A DNA stretch of 39,153 nt from Chlorokybus atmophyticus (taxonomy: Eukaryota; Plantae; Mesostigma and Chlorokybus algae): assembly GCA_009103225.1 (NCBI GenBank), contig RHPI01002699.1, positions 58,110 through 97,262 on the forward strand, written 5' to 3'. The notes under the pieces were generated by a model, which saw only the letters and a program-made list of their open reading frames with translations, was not told the origin of the DNA and did no database searches. Made by a program: the position numbers and the translations under genes. This document shows, one piece after another, positions 1 to 13,017 of this stretch (its first letter is position 1; every line of letters starts with the position of its first letter).

Positions 1-1690
1 GGAGCTGAATACATGAACATCAACCGAAAGTATGACGCACCCACACCTGTGCATGCAGTTCAGACTCGTGTGGGATCCCACAAACTGTGCTTATAATCAC
101 CTGAGGGAGGAAGCAGGAGAAGGTTCTGAAGACGAGGCCATGCCGAATGCACAGTGTCAACTCGAGCTGAGCGCGAGAGGGAGATCAGCCCAAGGCAAGA
201 CTGGGCAGCGCCCTCCCTCGCTCAAGCCTGAGCCCAGATAGGAGAGTGGTTCATATGAATGCGGAGCTCATGGCTGGCTTGGTCGCTATGCGCCAGGGCG
301 GCGATGGCGGCAAAGTCCAGCGCAGCCACAGCAGCGGCCTTGCTGTCATCCCCATCGCATCCATCCCCTCCGTCCCGCATCGTCCCCGCCTCGCATGTAA
401 CAGTAAGCCTAGATCTGCCCTGCCAGCTGCTGGCTCAGGTGGCTGACTTGAGCGTCTGCCCCATACACAACATTCAAGCACATGGACACAGGCACACACA
501 GCACACCTTGGCACACAGCCAGCATTCGCCACGCTGCAGTAGTACCGCGCATTGCGGCTCAGCAGTAGTACACTTCCGCCTAAGCCTCAACGCTAGGCTC
601 ACTTGAATCCATCATTGGCTGAGCACTACGTAAGCAGGCCGAATGTACAAAACCCGCACATCATCACTCCGGTTCATTGAAGGTTTTACCGCCGTGGTTG
701 ATGACAGCATGGCTCAACCTCTGGAGTCGCCTAGGAGCTGCCTATTTGCGTGGTGTTTTCCCGCTGCGACAGGGTCATCGCTCCGTGCAAGCTGTACCGT
801 ACGGTCAGTAGCAGGGTTAGCGCGATTGGATCGTCAAGTGGGAACCTGACCGGCCGCGCTGCTGTATCCCGCGCCTGGCTCACTGACCGGAATTTGCACA
901 CGGCGCGGACCTTTTCCCGTCGGCGCCGCCTTGGTTGACCTTGAATTGGGATTCATGTCGTCAGCCGCTGACATGTAACTGGCATGCGTCTGCTTTTGCC
1001 TGTCAGCGCGGGGCCTGGCTCATGCTGCATAGGCGATCAGGCGGTTGTGACCGGCATTCACATGCACGTTCAGGCAGTTGGGCAACGACTGACCGACTTG
1101 AACCGGCTGTCAGCTGCTGGCGAGGAGGTCCACCGCGTCAAAGGTTTCGTACAGGGCGCATCTAGGCTTATGACAAGTGGATAAGCATATGGCTCTCCGA
1201 TTGCAGCGGTTCAGTGATCAATTCACACTCGGTGGCTGGGCAGCTGCACGGCTCAGTAAGCCGCAATGCGTTTGTGAGCCTGACGCATACATGACTCATG
1301 CACAGCCCCCACCACGACATGGCATCATGCCATTGGCATAGCAAAATACATATACTATTGTTGAACCCAGAACGGGGAGGTCTGCAACCAGATCACTGAT
1401 CCTGGTTCAGTGCACAAGCAGACTTCCCTGTTCGGTTTAAGAAGCGTATCTCAAAAAAGGGACGAGGCACGGAAAAGCCGGCGTTGCCCCTATCACGCAC
1501 GCTTTGTCTGATCAACCTGCATTCATTGCATTGCACGTGCCGGTGTACTTGGCCTGCACTACCTCGGCACTCAACACCTACCTTGTGGTACAAAGCCTAG
1601 TGTCCTGCGGACACGCCGACTCAGGGTCTTCTCCGACACTCCTGTCAACTTCACTGGCGTATTATGTTTTAATACGCAGACGTTTAACGT

Positions 1691-1740
1691 TACGACGTTA
1701 CCATGTGCACATTAACCAATGTGCACATGGTAACGTCGTA
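1691..1740. repeat. Perfect inverted repeat (23-bp arms, 4-nt loop)
   Basis: Left arm TACGACGTTACCATGTGCACATT (1691-1713), loop AACC, right arm AATGTGCACATGGTAACGTCGTA (1718-1740), its exact reverse complement. Confidence 0.95.
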
Positions 1741-2596
1741 GTAATATGAAGTCGCTGTGGCGTAGCAACAGGGAACTTCTGGGCTAGCCCTACCACATAC
1801 AAGTACAGCATGTTTTTGCCTTTGTTGTTTTGTGTACATTGTACCTATGGTGTTGCGCTTTGAAGCCTCCGAAAAGGAATCTGAGTCCCAGCCACAACAT
1901 GTTTGCATGTGTAGAAGTTTACATGAACAGCGCCTCATGGCGATACGATGTCACCCAGAGATTACTGAAGATGGTGTCTATCGTTGGGTAGTTCTCGGCG
2001 TGATGTGTCCAGGAAACTTAGCCGCGTCAAGTCGCAGTAGTTGAACAGTAAAACTCTAACTAATGCAGCAATGTCTCACACTGTGGTTAGGGTTAATACC
2101 CTACAATCGCTGATGGGATCCAATCGAGGCACCCAACGGATTCATTTTGTATTCAGATAGGAGTAACTTCTTATACAATATGGAGCTTGCAACAATGTAT
2201 TAATAAAAATGGTTCTACTCGACGAGAAGTGGTAGTCAAAAAGCAAATGAGCGCCGCGAAATTCCTACACATGCAGCCGTTTGCACACTTTAAAGGCCCT
2301 TGCATAACTGTACCAAAATTGTACAATTATGCAAGGGGCCTTTTTGCAATTTCTATGCTTGGCGAGGAACAATTTGTAACAGTAATAGTTAATCATGCTT
2401 CAATGTTGCACACTTGTTGCTCATAGCGCAAAGATGTGTGCATTAATTTTGATATATGAAATAATAATATAAAACCTTATGTAAACATTAGCAACATTGT
2501 AGCAATGCCAAGCACATGAGCTAGCTTAATGTACATCAAGTGTACAATATGCTAAAATCTTTATGCTAAAATCTTCGGACAATTTTTTACAATGAG

Positions 2597-2662
2597 TTTT
2601 GATTGCGGCTTTCGTGAAATTACCACAGCTTTGTGGTAATTTCACGAAAGCCGCAATCAAAA
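2597..2662. repeat. Perfect inverted repeat (31-bp arms, 4-nt loop)
   Basis: TTTTGATTGCGGCTTTCGTGAAATTACCACA (2597-2627), loop GCTT, then its exact reverse complement at 2632-2662. Confidence 0.95.
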
Positions 2663-3966
2663 GCTTGTGAATGCATATGTGTAACATCAGCGCTCAACGA
2701 CGAGGATATATTGTTGCTATATGAGAAGCCACATATCAATAATATATACGGAATAACCGTATACACAAGTACATGACAGTTTGAGCCTCATATGCAGTGC
2801 ATCAAAGCTGCTCTAAGGTGTTTCATTATAAAGTGAGTCAAGTTTGCGAATCTTAAAGTCAACAACATTCGCAAAGTCATTATACAATTATATATTATAT
2901 ATTATATAATGGTTGTAAAAATAGCCATGTGTGTGAGCTGCGATACAAGATGATTGCGGGCAATTATGAGTACATATTTATTAAAAGTGTGCCAGGTAAC
3001 ATACGTAATAGGCCTGTTGGTTGACATTCAATCATGACACATAATCTTTTCCATGTCTTGTGCACGTGTGTAATTTGAGAGGTTAGGCTGTATAGATAGA
3101 TCATTGCATCTTAACAAGCTAAGGCATGCTTAGCCTTTACCCTGATGCATTGCACTTCAACTATTGTCCATTACGTTAGGGAGAAAGTGGCAATTGCTGT
3201 TGAGTTGCATTATAAGCGGAATACGTTTGCGTTAATGTAACAACATTATGATACAATTGTATGATACAATTGTATAAAAATATCACAAAGTAACTACATT
3301 ACAAGTACGTAATTTCACGTGAGTGACAACTCATTTCACCCCTCTTTCTGCAACAAAGATTCAATGGCCTTATTTTAAGCACTCCATTAATAACGGTATT
3401 GCTGAGGCGGTCAATAGCCATTGGTATAATAATATATGTACCAACTTGATTACCAAGGTATTCACGGTACGCGGTGAGCTGCCGGCCGCGGGTCGCCATG
3501 TCGATCTCTCGCCGGCCTGCTGCGGGAGACCGTCACGCATGACGCTCCCACAACGCGCTACGCGTCACAGCTGCACCGCTCCTGCCACGTGAGCGGCAAG
3601 TGAGCTGATGCGCACACTCGCCTTGTCTCTCTCCCTTGTAACAGCTTACCTCAGATCAGTGGGCAGGTTGTGGGCGGAAGCGAGAGGGGAGATGTATATA
3701 TACACATACACATGTATATATGCATATGTATATATACATATAATGATAGACATACATATACATATATATATGTATATATATTCATGTATACGGCTGCCGG
3801 TATCGGTACTTTGTTCTTAAAACATGATGACGTGAAGGAAACTACGGTAATGTTGGTGACTTGAGGATGAAGAATGTGTTAGACCCGCCGTCCCGTCCAA
3901 TCGCAACGCTGACTTATCGGCAGGTGTTTACATTATGTTCCCTACGCCACTTGTTGGCAAGGTTGT

Positions 3967-3993
3967 CCGCGGCCTGCTACTAGCAGGCCGCGG
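3967..3993. repeat. GC-rich perfect palindrome (13-bp arms, 1-nt loop)
   Basis: CCGCGGCCTGCTA-C-TAGCAGGCCGCGG. Confidence 0.9.
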
Positions 3994-6900
3994 GGTTGAA
4001 CTTGGCAATGATGAGGTCGTGATATTATTTGGGTTTGTAACAGTCCGAATTGATAATCGCATCACATACCTTGTTAAGTATACATTTTTGTACTTTTGAC
4101 GGACCCCAGCACAACGTAAATGATAATGTGTATAGCTTTAGCATGCACCATCAATGCATTTCGTACTGTCGCCGCGTCCTCAATTGCGTTGGGGAGTATA
4201 GTCGCATTGTTAATGATCTGTTTACAGCTGTAACCACGATTACACAAGCCTTTCTCACGACCTAAACCTTTAACTACGTTAACACCGAATTCTCAATGTT
4301 GTTGAGGTTTGGTGCTTACGATTGTCAACGGCAGATTGCCGTTTGTGACAGGTTGTAACAATATTTCGGCTACAGTCATAAAGTACATATATACTTTATA
4401 TACCCGGATCCGCAGTGAAATTTACAGAATCCGCATTTTATGTTCAGTGCCGTCCATTACAAAGTTGCGGCTCCAGCCTGACTTGCCGAAACCCATTTCT
4501 ACAGGTGATCTCTCGTTACTTAAAGGATGGCGTTGTTGGGTTTGAGCACCATGAGCCCTCCATTGAAGTACGCGTTGGTGCGCTAGCGGCAGCCGCCAGC
4601 CCATGGTGGTAAGTCTCGCTACCTCATGGTGGTAAGTCTTGCTATCTCCCGCTTCCCAAGCAGCTTGCACAAATGGCCTTGCCTCAGGTGCAATACTTCG
4701 ACTAGACAGAGAGACTCCTTCAAGCTCGCAGGAGCCGCTCCTCCTGCTGGCAGCTTTCATGCACACGTGCCAGCAAGGGCTGTCTCTTTCTCTCTGAGTG
4801 CTTGTCTTTGTGCATAAACACGTGCGCATGCAGCCCCAAGTGCAATGCATAAAGAGGCTCGAAAAGGAAAGCCGCATGCACCCAAGTTGCGTGATCATGG
4901 AGGTGCCATTCGCACAGCTTCGGCGTTATAGGTCAATGCACCCAAGCAAGGTGGGGGCTGAAAGCTCTTTCCGTGAAGGAAGAGGCGGTTAGCAAGCGCC
5001 AGGCTTGCAGAATGCAGAAGAGTTGCCAATTGGCAATTGTTTGACTACTACTTGCATGGTTCAATGACCTATTAGCTAATTAATTGATTGTTTGTTCTTT
5101 GCCGTTCTGCAAAGGTTGACCACTGCGGGGGTTGTTGTGCGACAGGCAATCATACAAGGCGCATTCAGTGTGCCAGTGTGCGCAAGCATGTGTGCATGCG
5201 GGTCGCATCCCACAGCAGTGCATGCAGTCAACAATCAACCACAGCTTGTGGTTGTTGAACGTGCAATTATCTTTGCAAAGTCACTCACTTCGTCACAATG
5301 GCCGCAAAATGCTATATATAATTAGCCCATAGCGCATCATTGCACTTGAAGTACCAAAATGTGGTTGTTATAAAATGTTAAGCACAAGTTGTGATAACGA
5401 TATTACCATATTGGTTATGCATTTTGTCGCAAAATGGTTAAGCACAAGTCGAATAATCCATGTTCAGCTTAATTTGTGAGGTGTTAGATATATCGTTATG
5501 ATTGAGATTGTTGGAATGGTGCATCGCGCACATATTGTTGCTATAATGTAATGGTATCAATAGTATCGTGACGGTAATACCATAATCGTACAGCAAAAAT
5601 ATGTGCATGTGCTACCATGATTGGTGTATAGCATCAACATTGGCACATCGGATATCGATCTGTAACATGTTACATCGAAGAGTTGTTAGACATTTGGGTC
5701 ACCGTATCATACTCACAATTACGTCAACATAAGTGGAAGCCTGCTGGCACCCAACAGCAGTCCACACATGCAATGATGACTTACTTTCAACTACAGCACA
5801 ACAAGGACTGCTTTTATTGCATAGCAAACGGCTTGCAGAAGCATGCCTTTTCTTTCTATCACCTGCTCAGCTACTTCCCAATGTTTGGCAAGTTGCTCAC
5901 TTTATGGTCAACTGTTGTCTCCTGGCGTGCAAGCAAGATGATCAATCTGAGCGACATCAATGTAAAATGCGCTTAAAAGGCACAAAAGTAGGGACGAGCA
6001 TGCTGCCCGATATGCCGCAGCCTGCCGGTAAGTTGTATTGGCTTGAACTCAACCAACCTCATGCGCTGATAAATTCTTGCGATCGTGGAACGCTTGAAGA
6101 TAGCTAATTGAGTACTCTTGCAGTACATGCATTATACTTGGTCTCTCAACATCATGCTATTTAATGGACCTTAGGTGCATCAACTGGCATGCACATCATC
6201 ATCAATGATGATGACGTGCTCGTGCGTTCTGTATTTAAGTACATGCAATCATATATGTAAATCTGAACAAGCCATTATGATCGCATGAATGCCTCGAAAC
6301 TGCTGTTGTAAGAGTTCTGCATAGGAATGGAGGTTATCAGGGCTTTAAAGTCAGAATCCGCATCTGCAAGCAATGTGCATTAAATTAATTTATGGCTAAC
6401 GCTGATTGCAAATGTGATGGATAATGAATAACGTCACATTTATGAGTTGATGACATATGAATTATGCAGCTCGAATCATAGTTGTTATGTAGTATACTTA
6501 ACGCATCATGTCAAATCCATTATGGCAATCATTGGTCAAGCAACAATAATTAAAGCATTTCACGCTGATACTATAAATTAACATAACTTGTGACTCAATG
6601 TTTTGGCTTGTTTTGGATTAAACAGGACATCCGTATGACATTAAGTTTGCATGTTTAATAAACGTTCATTGCAAATGCTAACTAATTGTATTAGGGTCAT
6701 TGCAAAAAGCTAACACTGTAATGGCTATCATACTATCGTAGCACAACAGCGTGATACAAAACACCAAAAACTTTAATATTCGTAATAGTAATAAAAGTAT
6801 TAAGAATATGTCATCTTTAGCCATCAATTTGCAAACTGTGTGGTAGTGACATATGCTCGAGTTATATATGATTATGCACAATTTAAAAGTCAACATGAAA

Positions 6901-8405
6901 AAATCTATGTTGAGATGTTTACGTTTATAGTGTAGCACCCCAATAGTTTTCAAATCATATCAATATGGCAGCAAAGCTTGACCTTGAGGTTAAACAATCG
7001 GTAAACATGAGGTCACACATGGTATGACATATCATGGCTATCAACTTTGCAATGTCATTATTACATGCCAATAAACACATGTCGTAATCAGTTGCGCACA
7101 TTTAACCAAGTTTGAGATGTTGTTTAACTGATTACATTTTATTATACCACATTGCACAGCTGCATGATGCGGAATTATTAGCATTACAACTTTATTCGAC
7201 ACATCACATTTGTACACAAATTTGCTAAGGAGTATTTTTCTACACATGCACACATATTATAGAACGCTCTCACAAGAGGGTGTGGATTTTTAGCGTTAAC
7301 ATTCATTGAATGTATGCTACAACACGCACACGCACACGCATACACACGCACGCACATACGCACGTTGTAGCATGTCACATAAGTTGCATAGAAGTAGTTA
7401 TAGACTCGGCCTGTACCCGCGGCAGGGTTAATGGCCAGCCTAATGGTAAACAATTACATACAAATTTAAAGTGTTTGGGAACAGGGTAACCTGCAGCTGA
7501 TTGCAATACCATGCAAATTCACATAACATGAAGTGATTTGACATAAAGTTACAAATGTACATATGAACGTATTTGTGGTAGTATCGTGGCCTTTAAAAAG
7601 TGGGAAGCACGATGAAACCACTCGACGATGATTGATAGCATGTCGCCTAGCTCACTGGTATCCATGACCATGATCATGGTTATAGAGATTGTCGACAGCA
7701 TGGCGATGTCATTCAAGCCATCAATGTGATGAGCCCACCAAATGTGGTCAAGCTCTTCAACAGCAAGCACGACGGAGGCCCATCCTATCATGTATATGCG
7801 GACTTGTGACCTGTACCCTTCAAACCAGAATTGGTCGGAGCTCCAATACTGCGAAGGCTGTGGCAGTGAAGTTGCCAGATGTCACAATGCGCTCCAGGTG
7901 GGCTTAATGTTTGTTATTATTTGTCACGTTATGCTACGGAAGTATATGCTTGCTTGAAGCTTGTCTACATGAGTTCAGCACAATCTGTTAAGCTAGCTAG
8001 ATTGAAATTATAAGCAGATTTAACGTACGCTTATGAGTTATTGTAGAACACATCATTAGTATGCTTGCACATACTGGTAAGCTGCGGACACATGAATATC
8101 TTGCAAGACGACATGTGTGCGCGATATGGTAAATACATATATGCACATGCACACTGAGTACATAATGTATATACGGTGTGCATACACATTTCACATACGT
8201 ACACGTGTGCATATTCAAACATGCATATGACAATATTTAGCAATAGCCGAAATTGTTGCACATACGTAAAGCATTGCCAAAAAGGTGCTATGGATGATGC
8301 GCTGTACGTTTACTTTTCACAACATAAGGGTCCAACAGCTTCCATCACACATGATGTATGGGCCATCCATTGCATCGTTAGTGCCACGGGGCGCTTGCTT
8401 TAACC

Positions 8406-8415
8406 GCCACGTGGC
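8406..8415. promoter_or_regulatory. Palindromic G-box-like motif upstream of the DnaJ gene
   Basis: GCCACGTGGC lies about 350 bp upstream of the ATG at 8762. The G-box (CACGTG) is a known plant bZIP/bHLH site; function here is not shown. Confidence 0.3.
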
Positions 8416-8761
8416 ACGTATTCGAAAGTTTCACCCTGATGCAGCAACGTACAGACGTATATGTACCTATGTAGCTCCGTACGTGCTGTACCGGTACATG
8501 CGGGAGCTGCGGCGAGGGTGTTGCCGTGGTTCAGGAGGCGGGCGTGGAGAGATAGGGCAGAAAGCTCAGGTGGCGCCGTTGCACTTGCTTTGTTAGGAAA
8601 CACTGTGCCGCCGCAAGGCAGAGAGACGGGGGCAGGCAGTCTGGTGTGAGCTTCAAGGCTTAATACAGACAGGGCGAGAGTGGGTGAGGCAGAGTGTGAG
8701 AGAGAAAAAAAGAGTGAGTTTTTGTGTGTGGTTGTGTGGCTATCGGTAGAGCGCGGTAGGA

Positions 8762-11329
8762 ATGGCTGCCGTGGCGGAGACGCACTATTACGAGGTATTG
8801 GGCGTGGCCACCGATGCCACGCCGGAGCAGATCAAGAAGGCTTACTACCTACAGGTACTTCCTTGACACTTTTTGCATGCGTGCTTGGTATGATCGAGTT
8901 GGGATTCAACACACGCATGCATTCAATACAACAACGCAATACAGGCGCGCAAGGTTCACCCGGATAAAAACCCTGGCGACCCGACAGCTGCCCGCAAGTT
9001 CCAGGTCAGCGCCAATGTGCTTTTGTTTTTCATGCACAATATTGTTCCACGTCCAGGATGCAATGGTTGACATGCATTCTGCAGGCATGCATGAATTACG
9101 TTGTTGCTGCTGTTGTTGCTGTCGCTGTTGTCGTTGTTGTTGTTGTTGATGAAATGTGTACACAAATGTAGTTTCGTCGTGTCCCAATCGTTTTTGAAGG
9201 CGGCCTGATATGGTTGTGTGTGCAGGAGCTGGGAGAAGCCTACCAGGTGCGTGCGTGTGTGACTACACGTGTGCATGCGTGTGGGGACGTTGCACCTCAG
9301 TCTCATGCGTGATGCCCCAACAAACCAACCAACCCAACAACCCAACATTACCAACACGCGAACAGGTGCTGTCCGATCCCGCGCAGCGCGACTTGTACAA
9401 CCGCTCCGGTCGTCAGGGCGTGTCGGGGCAGCCCATGATGGACCCCGCCACCGTCTTCGGCATGCTATTCGGCTCGGAACTCTTCGACGATTACGTCGGA
9501 CAGGCAAGCGCGCGCTGAGTCGTGTGTGTGTTCTCGTGTGGCGTATCTGCATCATGCTGGTGGACGCTCATGACTGCATACAACGCACATGCGTTCTTGT
9601 TGTTGTTGCTGTCGTATCAATGCTTCCGTCCTGTGTAGCTTGCTATGGCCAGCCTTGTAACACTTGCTATCGACGCCGGCGGGAGGCAACTCACGCAGCA
9701 AGAGGTGCAAGCCAAGATTAAGGTAAATAGCCATGTGGACTTGTGTGTCAGTTTGTTTGCCCTGTTCTGTCAAATGTCATCTCCCTGTAATGTTGGGTTT
9801 GTTGTTATGCAGGTTGTGCAGCTGGAGAGGCAGGCGAAGCTGGTGCCGCTGTTGCAGAGGCGTCTGCAGCCGTACGTGGAGGGGGATAAGGTGGGGTTTG
9901 TCAATTGGGCCACGAAGGAGGCAGACAGGCTATCCCAAGCATGTGAGTGAACTGTGTGGGAAAATTCTTATGCAACATGTGCACGCGCTTGTCGGTGGCC
10001 ACATGCAAGCAAATGCCTACGCACACAAGAGAACACGCATGCTCGCACGTGCGCACACGCGCATGAACAGGCATGCGTTCACACACATATGCGCACGCAC
10101 ATGTACATGCACACATGTGGCATGTGCGCATCGCCATGTACATTACGCATGATTCTCTGCATTTCATTGGACGTACAGTTGCATGGGCACTTGCAACATG
10201 TCCACCAGTACACGCATGTACCTATGCATGTGGCATCGTCATACACATTGTCACGCACAAGTCTCTGTGTACTTTCTCAACTGATTGTACAGCTACATGA
10301 GCACACATGCATGCATGCTTGCATGTGTGTATCTGAATACGAGTCGCTACCACCACGTGATACATGCGTACCCGCACGTCACAGCTTTCGGCGAGGCGAT
10401 GCTCCACACGATCGGTTACATGTACGAGCGTCGCGCGGCGGCGCACCTGGGCAAGTCCCCCCTCATGCTGGGCGTGCCGTTCGTAGGGGAGTGGGTCAGG
10501 CACAAGGGGCACGCGCTCAAGAGCCAACTGGACGCAGTCAGAGGTGAGAGGCATTTGTGGTGTGTCAGAGTGTGTCTGTGATTCTCTGCGTGCGCTCGTG
10601 AGCATGTGCGTGCGCACGCGTACATCTGTGTGTGTATGTGTCTCTCAGTCAGCACGTGCACAAATGCGCCCGTGTGTGTGTGTGTGTGTGTGTGTGTGTT
10701 GTCGTGCACCGCGCATGTGTGCATGTGCAAACTTGTATGTTTTGAGGGTGCACACACCCGCGAGGGTGCACACATCCACACGAACGCACGTGTATGCGGG
10801 TGCTTTTGTGTGTCTGAGAGCAAAGGCGTGTGCGCGTGCACAAGTACGTTCGTGCATGTGTGTGCGCTATGCTATACGTGCATGCATGTGCACGTGTCGG
10901 TGTTTGCGCTGTGTCGCATAGATTTGTGATATCAATCGACCTCGTTCTCCAGGCGCTGTGGACTTGATGGTGATGCAGAAAGAGGCCGAGCGCCAGTTCG
11001 CCGCCGGCAACGTGACCGAGGCCGCTGCCGAGGCCTTCCTGCAGCAGCGCGTCCCCAAGGCATGTCCTCTACGCATCCCCCCACTCACACCCACTCTCAC
11101 CCTCTGACTCTCCTCCTCCTCCTCCTCTCAGGTGATGAACTCCCTGTGGCAAATCAACGTGGTGGACGTGGAGCAGACCCTGACCTCCGTCGTCGACGCG
11201 CTGCTGGGGGACCGAACCGCCCCGAAAGCCACCACGACCGCGAGGGCCAAGGCGCTGCAGAAGATGGGGAGGGTGTTCCAGGGGGCGAAACCGAAGTACC
11301 AGAGGGCGACGAGGTGGGTGGGTGGATGG

Positions 11330-11380
<51 letters not shown>

Positions 11381-12161
11381 CATGCGCGAGCGCGTGCGCG
11401 ATCAATGAGTGTGCGTGTATGCACAGTTGAAGCTGTCCGTTCGTGCTTCCTCCGATGGTTGTTTGTCATTCTTGCATTGCAGTTTGAGATCAGAGGTCCC
11501 GCTCGGTGCTGGCCTGGGAGCCGCAGCAACGTCGCCGCAGCAGGCAGCGGCGGGCCCTGCTCCCCAACCAGCTTCTGCCCCTCGGGTAAGCACAAGTGTG
11601 GACTCACTCTGCCGTTTGCATAGCATCACATCGGGGGCTAACTTGGGTGCGCACACATATATGCACACTTGCGCGCTTGCGCACACACGCACACGCACGT
11701 ACACACGCGCATGTGCTCGCGCTTATTGCCAGTCGGTTCTTTTGCAGTGATCCCAGACAGCCTGCCTCACACACGTGCCCACACTTTCCTGTGTGCAGCA
11801 ACCGTACCCAACACAACAAGTCCACCCACAAGGCCACACCAACCCATACCCTACATACCCCACACCCCAACCCCACTCCCAACCCTCCCCCCACGGATAC
11901 GCCCAACCCTACGTCCCACACCCTCTTCACCCCACTCCTCCTCCAACACAACAACAGTACCAACAACAGCAACGCGGCTCTTCCCCGGCCGGTCCCGTGC
12001 CCGTCCCGCTGTCGGACGTGCCGGACTTCGAGCAGATGAGTGCGGCTGATCTGAGGAGTTACTTGAAGGCGAGAGGCGTGGATGTGGCGAAGGTGGGGGG
12101 AGATGATAAGGGGGAGATGGCGAGGAGAGCGAGGGAGGTGTACTTTGCGGGAAGGCGGTGA
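8762..12161 (+). CDS. DnaJ co-chaperone with DnaJ-X domain (plant ATJ10 / yeast Caj1-Djp1 type), 11 exons, about 479 aa
   Basis: Exons 8762-8854, 8945-9004, 9226-9246, 9366-9503, 9639-9722, 9813-9942, 10385-10543, 10953-11059, 11132-11313, 11483-11585, 11799-12161 join in frame (1440 nt). J-domain: YYEVLGV...[18 protein letters not shown] (HPD motif)...[14 protein letters not shown]. Then [26 protein letters not shown] and DnaJ-X motifs [51 protein letters not shown]. Two donors are GC (9504, 11060). Confidence 0.9.
11332..11378. repeat. (GT)n microsatellite in DnaJ intron 9
   Basis: Uninterrupted GT dinucleotide run; one of many CA/TG tracts in the introns of this window. Confidence 0.9.
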
Positions 12162-13017
12162 TGGGGATGCGAGTGGATGTGGGTGTGGGTGTGTGTAGAT
12201 GTGGTAGCGTGCGTGTGCGTGTGCGTGGACTTTGTGGTACTGTTGGTTAGTGAGGGCGTGTCTGCGTGCTCGATTATTTGCCTGGTCTTGTGTCCATGTA
12301 CATGGTTTGATGCGCAAGGACGTTGCACGTAAAGGGACACAGCGCAGGCACAAGCTTGCCAGCGTGTGTTTTGCGTTTGACCACATACGAAATGCTTGGC
12401 TTCCGCGAGTTAAAACCGCGTGGTGAAGTCACTAATGTCAATGTGATGAACTGTTAGCAAACGTGCATGCTGCGCTGATGCATGTCAGTAAAGACATTCA
12501 CCGCGAGGACAGGTTCTGATGTTACATAGTGACTGCATGGGTGGGTTACGCACTCAAACCAATCAATCTCCCTTTGCATACATTACTTCGCAGACTACAC
12601 CAGCAGTCACAACCATATCTGAATAACAATCATGGTATGTGAAAAATGAGTCAGCCCCTGCATTTCAGTATGATGAATATACTACTCCTGTCAGCAACTG
12701 ATGGAGGTATGGACCAGATCGGTGAGTTGATGAGTGATGAGGAGGCCAACCCAACCCAGCCCAGGCCAGGGCAGGCCCACTGGACAGACTGCTCATCCCG
12801 ACAACAGCTCTCACCACGTTGAATCCTGCGCATGTGCCGCCACCGCCACCGCCACCGCCACCGCCACCGCCGTCGCCGTCGCCGCCCACGCCCGCAACAC
12901 GATTTCTAACAACAACAACAACAGCGGCAAGAGCAACGCCAGTATCTTGATGACTCAGGTGGCGGCGGCGATGGCGTTGAGCATGTGTCTAGGGAGGTAA
13001 GAAGGAGGCCCTCAAGC

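Noticed and set aside
1-1600. GC-richer stretch with many short ORFs, some coding-like (e.g. minus strand MRDGGDGCDGDDSKAAAVAALDF...)
   Set aside because: No recognisable domain, no consistent splice chain, and frequent stops. It may be a decayed gene or TE but cannot be supported.
4602-4647. 23-bp tandem duplication CATGGTGGTAAGTCT(C/T)GCTA(C/T)CT
   Set aside because: Only two units and no spacers; a local slippage duplication, not a CRISPR array or functional array.
7549-7860. Minus-strand ORF (...FWFEGYRSQVRIY...HHIDGL...IIVEWFHRASHF) vaguely like an integrase core
   Set aside because: Motif spacing does not match the integrase in this same window and the HHCC cysteines are absent.
4000-8300. 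Short ORFs in AT-rich DNA as possible transposase remnants
   Set aside because: No DDE, zinc-finger or helicase motifs could be identified in any frame I read.
9954-11750. Numerous long His/Thr/Cys/Val-rich ORFs (HTHT, CVCV) on both strands
   Set aside because: These are translations of intronic CA/TG repeats, which lack stop codons; the same artefact recurs throughout 10-32 kb.
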